Of a DNA stretch of 64,000 nucleotides, positions 51,285 through 58,182 are shown piece after piece. Positions within the stretch are counted from its first letter, which is position 1. Every line of letters begins with the position of its first letter. The translations under genes were made by a program, and so were the position numbers. Source of the DNA: a virus; the IMG/VR virus record IMGVR_UViG_3300023174_000067, positions 70,634-134,633 of that record; one strand, given 5' to 3'. The notes under the pieces are model-generated. The model was not told the DNA's origin, ran no database searches, and saw only the letters and a program-made list of their open reading frames with translations.

Positions 51285-51749
51285 ATGAAAATAGTTAGAT
51301 TAACCGAAAAAGATATTCAAACTTTAATTAAAAAAGTTTTGTCTGAACAAGAAAATGAAAGATATATGTTCTTTAGTAATTTAGAACAAATGAAAAGACA
51401 ATGTGAAATGTTATTAGACATGGATAAAAATAAAATTGAAGAAATTTTATCCAATGGTCACGATTGGGCTCAAGACCACATTGCGGAGGCCAAAAATAAT
51501 ATGGACCAAGTATTTGATTTTTTAATGAATGAAACCAAAGGTGAAGATGGTAATCAACCTGATATGGGAATGATGGCAGAAGGTCGTAAAAAAACTGGAA
51601 CTAAATTATGTGCTCGTGGTAAATCCGCAGCTAAATCAAAATTTAAAGTTTATCCTTCAGCATATGCTAATGGTTATGCAGTACAAGTTTGTAAAGGAGA
51701 TATGCCAGGGACAGACGGAAAAAAACATTGTTCTCCACCGTATTGTTAA
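51285..51749 (+). CDS. Hypothetical head-associated protein with KVYPSAYA domain
   Basis: N-terminal IVRLTEKDIQTLIKKVLSEQ; C-terminal CARG...KFKVYPSAYANGYAVQVC. Confidence 0.6.
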   Translation: MKIVRLTEKDIQTLIKKVLSEQENERYMFFSNLEQMKRQCEMLLDMDKNKIEEILSNGHDWAQDHIAEAKNNMDQVFDFLMNETKGEDGNQPDMGMMAEGRKKTGTKLCARGKSAAKSKFKVYPSAYANGYAVQVCKGDMPGTDGKKHCSPPYC

Positions 51750-51755
51750 ATTAAA

Positions 51756-51775
51756 AACCCCTCAAAAGAGGGGTT
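51756..51775. terminator. Bidirectional intrinsic terminator
   Basis: AACCCCTC-aaaa-GAGGGGTT hairpin flanked by A/T runs between convergent genes. Confidence 0.8.
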
Positions 51776-51797
51776 AATTTTTTATTCTAATTAAATA

Positions 51798-52316
51798 TTA
51801 GAATCTGTAAAGTAATCCAACTTTACCTGTTGCAAATGGATTATTAATCCCTGTGAAACCGATTGTAGTTGTTGATACATCTCCTGTTTTCTTATAACTA
51901 ATTAAATCTGTTAAACCTACGGTCAAAGACAATCTGTTACTAACTGAACAGTTCAAACCTAAACCTAAGTTTACTCCTAAAGAAGTGGTTTTAACATCAC
52001 TAACCTTAGTTGTGTTATTTGTTACATCTAATTGTGAGAAAGCAGTAAGACATTTTCCAATCTTCATAAAATCACATCTTCCAAAAACGCCCACATTAAG
52101 TGTTTTTTCAGTACCTGTTTTACCAACTTCCCCAAGAATACCAACTGAAACTTTATCAGTTACATAATATCCAATTGTTGGATTGATTGTGTAAATACCA
52201 TCAACATCTGTTGTTTTTGTGTATGATACTGTACCACTTACAAATTTATCGCTCTTTTTTTGTCCAAATGACATGGTTGAAATTGCTAAACCCAAAATTA
52301 ATAATACTTTTTTCAT
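51798..52316 (-). CDS. Outer-membrane beta-barrel protein (Bacteroidota OMP-like)
   Basis: Signal peptide MKKVLLILGLAISTMSFG-Q, alternating amphipathic strands and C-terminal YRF (BAM signal). Confidence 0.75.
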   Translation of the reverse strand: MKKVLLILGLAISTMSFGQKKSDKFVSGTVSYTKTTDVDGIYTINPTIGYYVTDKVSVGILGEVGKTGTEKTLNVGVFGRCDFMKIGKCLTAFSQLDVTNNTTKVSDVKTTSLGVNLGLGLNCSVSNRLSLTVGLTDLISYKKTGDVSTTTIGFTGINNPFATGKVGLLYRF

Positions 52317-52362
52317 GTTTTTTTATTAATAGTTTATTAGTTAACACTATTGTTAACATATG

Positions 52363-52370
52363 CAAATATA
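52363..52370 (-). promoter_or_regulatory. Bacteroidota-type -7 promoter (TATATTTG) for the OMP gene
   Basis: Matches the TAnnTTTG consensus. Confidence 0.55.
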
Positions 52371-52384
52371 ATAAATTATCACAT

Positions 52385-52810
52385 TTAGTCAATTCCAACA
52401 ACCTCAATCTCAAAAATTAATTTTTTTCCTGCTAAAGGATGATTACCATCCAAAGTAACAGTTTCTTCATTAATTTCAACTACTTTAACATTTACGGGAC
52501 CTTGAGGTGAATTACCTTGTAACATTTGACCTACTTGTACATCTTCGGGTACGTTTGTTTTTGGTATCTCAACAATCATTTGAGGATTTGATGGACCATA
52601 TGCCTCAGTAGGCTCAATTTCTACTGTTTTTTTCTCACCTTTTATCATATCAATTAAAGCACTTTCAAATCCTTTAATTAATTGTCCTTGACCAATAGTA
52701 ACTGTTAAAGGTGTTCTTCCCTCAAGTAATGAAGAATCAAATACAGTACCATCTTCTAATTTTCCAGTGTAGTTTACACTTACGGTATTCCCGTTTTTAA
52801 TTTTTTCCAT
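52385..52810 (-). CDS. slyD: FKBP-type peptidyl-prolyl isomerase (SlyD-like, no His-rich tail)
   Basis: V.V.YTGKLEDGTVFDSS, GQLIKGFE, AYG and DGNHPLAGKKL.F motifs; the likely start is MEKIKNG at 52810. Confidence 0.9.
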   Translation of the reverse strand: MEKIKNGNTVSVNYTGKLEDGTVFDSSLLEGRTPLTVTIGQGQLIKGFESALIDMIKGEKKTVEIEPTEAYGPSNPQMIVEIPKTNVPEDVQVGQMLQGNSPQGPVNVKVVEINEETVTLDGNHPLAGKKLIFEIEVVGID

Positions 52811-52884
52811 GATTATATTTTTACTAATGATAGTTGAATAATATTTATTAATCAATAATTTATTTTTTTTATCAAAAAAAAGTT

Positions 52885-52892
52885 TACATTTG
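52885..52892 (+). promoter_or_regulatory. Bacteroidota-type -7 promoter (TACATTTG)
   Basis: TAnnTTTG ends 4 nt before the ATG at 52897. Confidence 0.5.
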
Positions 52893-52896
52893 TGAC

Positions 52897-53313
52897 ATGA
52901 GAAATACAGAAGTTGTTGGTTACATACCAAAATTATTATTCAAACTTTATACGTATCTTAAAAATAGATTTGACCCTCCTAAACCACCAAAAGAAGAGGA
53001 AATGTATTGTATTAGTATTTGTGAGAAACTAATATTAATGGAGGATTCTAAATTATATTATTCTCCCTTATCACATAAAAGATTCATTAGAAATGAAAGT
53101 AATGATATGTTTGTTGTTTTAGAAAATTTAACAATAAACATAATTAACCATGTTTATAGTTATAATGTATATATTGAAACTGGTAACCATTATGATAATG
53201 TTATTAAAAAATTTGATGAAGAATTAGAACGTAGGAGAGAGATACTTGAAGAAGAAATCAAAACAAATATAAAACACTCATTAAAAAGTATTTTAGATAA
53301 GGTATCTATTTAA
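52897..53313 (+). CDS. Hypothetical protein
   Basis: 138 aa ORF with a host-type promoter. Confidence 0.6.
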   Translation: MRNTEVVGYIPKLLFKLYTYLKNRFDPPKPPKEEEMYCISICEKLILMEDSKLYYSPLSHKRFIRNESNDMFVVLENLTINIINHVYSYNVYIETGNHYDNVIKKFDEELERRREILEEEIKTNIKHSLKSILDKVSI

Positions 53314-54022
53314 ACTTTTCATTTAAAACGTCCTGAATAATATCTCTTATCGATTCTTTTTTTGGTTTGTAATGAGTCATTTTAGGACTATTCCCTGTTC
53401 CTGATTTATTATGTGATTTTTCAGCCTTTCTTTTTTGTTGGCAAGCACTTTTCTTTTGTGAATCTGTCATCTTTGACGCAACTCCCGCCGCTCTACATTT
53501 AGGATATCCTTTATCTGAAGCATCGGGTCTACCACATGGAGGATGACCACCACCTTCTTTATGACGACAAATATTAACCCAAGGTCCTTTTGGTTGTTTA
53601 CTACCTTTTGGTTTCTTTTTTGTTCCAAACCAAACCGCTAAATCTTCTTTAACTATTTTGTTGAATGGACCAACAGGTTTTCCAGGACCATTACCCCCAT
53701 TTAAGTTATCACCATCATCATCACTAATATTTGGATTTTTTTTTAGTTTTTTTTCTATTTTACGGGATTTTGACTCCAATTTTTTTGCCGTTTTTTTTGA
53801 CACATCTAAAGAACCGTCATAACTATCATAAGCCAACTTGGAATCATCATACTTTGAAACTTGAATATTAAATGGGTCTAAACTTGTTTTATCCCATAAT
53901 CTTGTTCCCATACTTAATGGAACCTTAAAAGACCCCGACCCACTAGTACCCGTAGCTTCTTTAATTACTTTTTTTTCCTTTAACCATTCAACAAGTTGAG
54001 CATCTAATATTTTAATTGACAT
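53306..54022 (-). CDS. Basic Cys-containing hypothetical protein (possible head protein)
   Basis: EDLAVWFG...GPWVNIC...PCGR...YPKCR domain; TATTTAT at 54045-54051. Confidence 0.6.
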   Translation of the reverse strand: MSIKILDAQLVEWLKEKKVIKEATGTSGSGSFKVPLSMGTRLWDKTSLDPFNIQVSKYDDSKLAYDSYDGSLDVSKKTAKKLESKSRKIEKKLKKNPNISDDDGDNLNGGNGPGKPVGPFNKIVKEDLAVWFGTKKKPKGSKQPKGPWVNICRHKEGGGHPPCGRPDASDKGYPKCRAAGVASKMTDSQKKSACQQKRKAEKSHNKSGTGNSPKMTHYKPKKESIRDIIQDVLNEKFK

Positions 54023-54044
54023 TTATAAAAATTTTTATTATACT
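54016..54044 (+). promoter_or_regulatory. Putative promoter TTGACA-N17-TATACT
   Basis: Near-perfect sigma70 consensus upstream of 54072. Confidence 0.45.
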
Positions 54045-54071
54045 ATAAATACTATAAAAAAAATAAAAATT

Positions 54072-54314
54072 ATGGACCAAGATATTACAAATGAAGATTT
54101 AGGACAACCATTAGGTATTTTGTTTGATACTATAAATTATTATAAATTAGAAGATTTAGAAAAATTCATATCAGAATTAAATCATGACCAAGCATTGTAT
54201 TGTATCGTTCAGGCTTGTCAGGCGGCGTTTAAAAGAAATTCGTATAATATTATTGAATCTGAACTGTTATCTAAAGCAATTAGAAAAATATCAACACCAA
54301 ATATTCCATCGTAA
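54072..54314 (+). CDS. Hypothetical protein
   Basis: 80 aa ORF. Confidence 0.6.
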   Translation: MDQDITNEDLGQPLGILFDTINYYKLEDLEKFISELNHDQALYCIVQACQAAFKRNSYNIIESELLSKAIRKISTPNIPS

Positions 54315-54321
54315 ATTAATT

Positions 54322-54351
54322 TTTGTAATTAAAAATAAATTAGTATCTTTG
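54322..54351 (+). promoter_or_regulatory. Bacteroidota-type promoter TTTG-N18-TATCTTTG
   Basis: Both -33 and -7 elements are present upstream of the ATG at 54370. Confidence 0.6.
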
Positions 54352-54369
54352 ATTTATAATATTAAAAAT

Positions 54370-54741
54370 ATGAAAAAATATATTTTATTTTTGTCAATTT
54401 TTTTTATTTCTTACCAAAGTTATGGTCAAAATAAAAATTATAACGACAATGATACTATAATTAATTATCTTAGTAAGATTTTAAATACTAATGTAACATT
54501 TTACACATTGGATGGGTACCACACTAATATTAAAGATTCATTGAGATACGAAATTTCTATTATTATGTCTTATGATAAAAAAAATAGAAAGTATAAAACA
54601 TATTGTAATGAATCTTTGGATAATCTTTTTGAAAAAAATAATGTAAAATTCCCCTTTACTATTCCATACAATATAATGGGTAAAAAAATAAAAATTAATT
54701 GTGATAAAAGGTCACGTTTCAATAAAATTTATTACAATTAA
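54370..54741 (+). CDS. Secreted/periplasmic hypothetical protein
   Basis: Likely true start MKKYILFLSIFFISYQSYG-Q, a signal peptide followed by Gln as is typical in Bacteroidota. Confidence 0.65.
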   Translation: MKKYILFLSIFFISYQSYGQNKNYNDNDTIINYLSKILNTNVTFYTLDGYHTNIKDSLRYEISIIMSYDKKNRKYKTYCNESLDNLFEKNNVKFPFTIPYNIMGKKIKINCDKRSRFNKIYYN

Positions 54742-55997
54742 TTTTCACACCTAATTTGTACCTCAAAATTAGTTTTTCCATTAGGAGAAACATTAATTAA
54801 TTTAACTTTTGCTGGTGCTTTTAAATCAGTTACTGTGTAAGGACCTATTATTGTTGTAGTTTCTATAATATCACCATTTAAATAACCCCAAGGAAACGTT
54901 CCTCCTAAAATAGAAAATAATTTATTTTTATCACTTCTGTTTTTTTCTGACCTATCGTATTCTAACAATGCATTCATCCATGAATCATTTTTTAATGGAG
55001 AAACATTACCAAAAATATTATCAAAAGTACTTAATCCCCATTCACTCATTTTATCAATTTCATCTCTAACTAATGATAATTTAGGAACACTAACACTATA
55101 GTTAGAACTTAAAAATGACGGTAGTGAACCACCGTATTTTGCCATTAAAGCAGTTCCAAGAAAAAGTCTAGTCCAATTTGCATCCTCACCTCTAAATAAA
55201 GAAGAGTTATTTTTAAAGTCTGTTTTACCGTCAATCTCAAAATAAAGTACATCAGGCATAGTAAAACAATTAATCCATATACTGAATGTACCCTTAGTTG
55301 CACTAACACCAAATGGAACATTATTACTAAAATCTTTATTTATATCGCCAAATCCTTGTATCCCTGAGCTTGAAAACGCCTTATCACAACCATAAACTGT
55401 AGTTGTACTACCTGTCGTTGTAGTTGTCGTAGTTACCGATGAACCAACACCATTTATTTCAAAATTAACATACTGTTCTTTTTTATATTTTTTTACTAAT
55501 TCAGCATCTGTATTATCACCACTTCCTGCTCCACCGTAAGGTGTTTCACCAATTACAACGTCACTAACACTTTCAGGTGATTTTATAACTAATTTTTTAT
55601 TTTTTATTAAATCAGGAAATATTTCTTCAAAATATTTTTTTACTTCGTTTGCTCTAGCCAACGCCAAACTACCTTTTGTTTCAAATCCTTTAGGATTAGT
55701 AACTTTGGACTCCCCTGCAGTGATTCTAACTTCAAATGTTGAGTATTGAGTATTTGCACTAATAAAAGATTCAATTTTTTGTTTTAAATTTGTAATACTA
55801 TTTTTAACCGCATCCGATTGATATTTACCAAATTCAAATTGACTACCTAAAGGTATAGGTCCAAATTTATTATCTTTAGTATCTCCTGTTGGGGATTGTT
55901 CAAAAATTAAATTACTTTTTCTTCTCTCGGTCTCATGAAGTGATAAAATTCTTATTTTTTCATCATTAGACATTTCAAGAATATTTCTTCTTTTCAT
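54738..55997 (-). CDS. Late protein with EKxRILxLHE N-terminus and a degenerate OmpA-like domain
   Basis: FEFGK...ITAGES...LALARANEV resembles OmpA_C; Thr tract; TATTTAT at 56012-56018. Confidence 0.55.
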   Translation of the reverse strand: MKRRNILEMSNDEKIRILSLHETERRKSNLIFEQSPTGDTKDNKFGPIPLGSQFEFGKYQSDAVKNSITNLKQKIESFISANTQYSTFEVRITAGESKVTNPKGFETKGSLALARANEVKKYFEEIFPDLIKNKKLVIKSPESVSDVVIGETPYGGAGSGDNTDAELVKKYKKEQYVNFEINGVGSSVTTTTTTTGSTTTVYGCDKAFSSSGIQGFGDINKDFSNNVPFGVSATKGTFSIWINCFTMPDVLYFEIDGKTDFKNNSSLFRGEDANWTRLFLGTALMAKYGGSLPSFLSSNYSVSVPKLSLVRDEIDKMSEWGLSTFDNIFGNVSPLKNDSWMNALLEYDRSEKNRSDKNKLFSILGGTFPWGYLNGDIIETTTIIGPYTVTDLKAPAKVKLINVSPNGKTNFEVQIRCEN

Positions 55998-56095
55998 ATA
56001 TCACTTTTATTATAAATACAATTTAATCTAAAAAAAATATTTTTATTGGTTAATTAAAATAAAAGTATTAGTTTTACATCATAAATAAATAAACC

Positions 56096-56227
56096 ATGAA
56101 AAAAATAGTAGTATCAATTATCGTTATTTCTTTAGTAGTAATTTCATTCAGTTCATGTCGTACAGGGTACGGTTGTCGTGGTCGCGAAAGTTGGAGTGGT
56201 ATGGTAAAACGTATTAATAGACCATAG
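56096..56227 (+). CDS. Small lipoprotein (43 aa)
   Basis: Not in the ORF track. MKKIVVSIIVISLVVISFSS-CRTGYGCRGRESWSGMVKRINRP has a lipobox FSSC. Confidence 0.65.
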   Translation: MKKIVVSIIVISLVVISFSSCRTGYGCRGRESWSGMVKRINRP

Positions 56228-56260
56228 TAAAATTATTTTTTTAGTTTCAAAATAAAACCA

Positions 56261-56268
56261 TATCTTTG
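56261..56268 (+). promoter_or_regulatory. Bacteroidota-type -7 promoter (TATCTTTG)
   Basis: Identical octamer to 54344-54351, 19 nt upstream of the ATG. Confidence 0.6.
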
Positions 56269-56287
56269 TACTCTAAAAACGACCAAA

Positions 56288-56878
56288 ATGAAATACGTAA
56301 TTACTTTGTCTTTATTGTTTTCTTTCTTTGTTTGTAAATCACAAAAAATTGATTATAACAATTTTGATAAAAAATTATTTGAAACTCTTTTGTTTGAAAA
56401 AATAAATAAATTCAGAAAATCAATCGGTGTCGATACTCTTTGTTGGTCTAATGTTCTTTATAAAGAAGTTAGTACAAAACAAGTAGAAAAGATTACAAAA
56501 GAAAATAGATGTTACCATCCCGATATGGTAAAAATGTGGAACGATTCAACAAGAGTTAGAAATTTAATATCTAACGAATCTGAAAAGATGTTTGGCGTTA
56601 AAACAGTACAATCAAGTTTTAACGGACCAAGAATGATGATTTCTGAAAATTTATTTTCATCAACTAATTTAGATATGACATATAATGAGTTAGTTGATTT
56701 AATTATCAATAAATGGGATAATTCTTACGGTCACAGAGAAAATCAAAGAGGTTCCTATAGCACGAGTGATAAACCAGGATTTGTGTCTTGTTCAGTTGGG
56801 GTGATACCAAATCAAAAAAAAGTGTATGTTGGAATTAATTTTGTTTATATATCAAGATGTAAAAAAAGGGAAATTTAA
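56288..56878 (+). CDS. Secreted CAP/SCP-domain protein
   Basis: Signal peptide; IN.FRK..G, H, EN and W.NS.GHREN motifs of the CAP superfamily. Confidence 0.7.
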   Translation: MKYVITLSLLFSFFVCKSQKIDYNNFDKKLFETLLFEKINKFRKSIGVDTLCWSNVLYKEVSTKQVEKITKENRCYHPDMVKMWNDSTRVRNLISNESEKMFGVKTVQSSFNGPRMMISENLFSSTNLDMTYNELVDLIINKWDNSYGHRENQRGSYSTSDKPGFVSCSVGVIPNQKKVYVGINFVYISRCKKREI

Positions 56879-56892
56879 TTCCCTTTTTTTTT
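56861..56892. terminator. Bidirectional intrinsic terminator
   Basis: AAAAAAAGGGAA...TTCCCTTTTTTT hairpin between convergent genes. Confidence 0.75.
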
Positions 56893-58099
56893 ATTGTGTT
56901 AACTGACTGTATTCAGGAAGATTAACTTCAAATCTTCTATTAGGTTGTGTATCTGCGAACTTAGTAGGTTTATCTTTAGTCCAATTAGCAACTTTAGGAT
57001 TTTCATACCCTTTTCCATATCCTTTGAATATTGATAATCCTAATGCTTGATTTAATTCATTGGCGATGGTCTCAGCTCTTTTTTGTGATAAACACAGGTC
57101 ATATTCTTGTCTAGAACTTGAAGGACATCCATTTTTTGCGGGTACAGTTTCATCAGGGCTACCATCTCCTGACGAATAAGCCAATACTGGAATTTCTTGT
57201 TGGTTTACCAAGAAATCTTTATATTTTGGATATTTTTCCATGTAACTAAGTACCTCATCTTTAAAAGCATCTATAGATTGTTGACCAATATCGGTTAAAT
57301 TAGTTTCATTGAATTTAAAAGGTTCCCCTGCTGGCGGTTTAATAGTTATTGGTCTTACAACAATATCCTTATTACCCCCACCAATTAAGTTTGCACTTAA
57401 TCCCATAGGAGAGGCTAAAGGACTTCCTCCTAAATGAAACTGCATGTTACCTATTAAATCTTGACCACCTACATTACCAAAATAAAAATTAGTTATAGTT
57501 TGGTATTGACCTTTTTGTTTTAATAGTTGATAAAATTGACCATAACTGATTTGATAATCATCATTATTAGGACAATTGTTAACGCAATATTTTAATTCTT
57601 TTCTGTCAGGATTTTCGTCAACATATATCGAAAACATAACAGCGAAACGAACAGGTATTGGTTGGTTATTTATATATTCTTTAAGTTGTGGAAACTTATT
57701 AATTAATGTTACAAAATCTTTATTTTTTTCAATTTCTGACATCATACTACCAATTGTAATAGTAGAATTATAGAAAGTTTCTGCAGATGTACCTGGAGTC
57801 GAAACTAAATAACGACCATTCTCTAATCTTCCTACAGGTTGTAATATTTTATCTCCTATAGTTACTGTGACAGTCCTTTCGTTTGGCTCTCCAGCAACAT
57901 TTACTTTCATCATCAAAGTATCTAATATTGAGTCCTGATAATTCTCATAAAGACTATTACAAAAATCATTCAATTTTTTTAATACTTCTAAATCACCAAT
58001 ATCTTCAAACAAATATTGTCTTTTAGTTGCACTCTCATGAAGTCTCAAAATTCTTCTTTTTTCATCTTCTGAAACTTCAAAAATATCTCTTCTTATCAT
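56891..58099 (-). CDS. Late protein with EKxRILxLHE N-terminus and C-terminal OmpA-like peptidoglycan-binding domain
   Basis: FKFNETNLT, AYSS.DG, LSQKRAETIA, GYGKG and NRRFEV (OmpA_C pattern); no signal peptide; TATTTAT at 58115-58121. Confidence 0.72.
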   Translation of the reverse strand: MIRRDIFEVSEDEKRRILRLHESATKRQYLFEDIGDLEVLKKLNDFCNSLYENYQDSILDTLMMKVNVAGEPNERTVTVTIGDKILQPVGRLENGRYLVSTPGTSAETFYNSTITIGSMMSEIEKNKDFVTLINKFPQLKEYINNQPIPVRFAVMFSIYVDENPDRKELKYCVNNCPNNDDYQISYGQFYQLLKQKGQYQTITNFYFGNVGGQDLIGNMQFHLGGSPLASPMGLSANLIGGGNKDIVVRPITIKPPAGEPFKFNETNLTDIGQQSIDAFKDEVLSYMEKYPKYKDFLVNQQEIPVLAYSSGDGSPDETVPAKNGCPSSSRQEYDLCLSQKRAETIANELNQALGLSIFKGYGKGYENPKVANWTKDKPTKFADTQPNRRFEVNLPEYSQLTQ

Positions 58100-58131
58100 A
58101 GTAATAGTTTTATAATAAATATATTGAAAAT

Positions 58132-58161
58132 AAAAAAAGGAGACAATTACTTGTCTCCTTT
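58132..58161 (-). terminator. Intrinsic terminator downstream of the major capsid gene
   Basis: AAAGGAGACAA-ttac-TTGTCTCCTTT hairpin with a U-tract on the minus strand. Confidence 0.85.
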
Positions 58162-58182
58162 GAGTTTTTATTTAAAGATTGA

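Noticed and set aside
52811-52930. N-terminal extension of the SlyD ORF
   Set aside because: It overlaps the divergent gene and its promoter; FKBP homology begins at MEKIKNG (52810).
54184-54369. N-terminal extension of the 185-aa ORF
   Set aside because: It overlaps 54072-54314. The promoter and signal peptide indicate a start at 54370.
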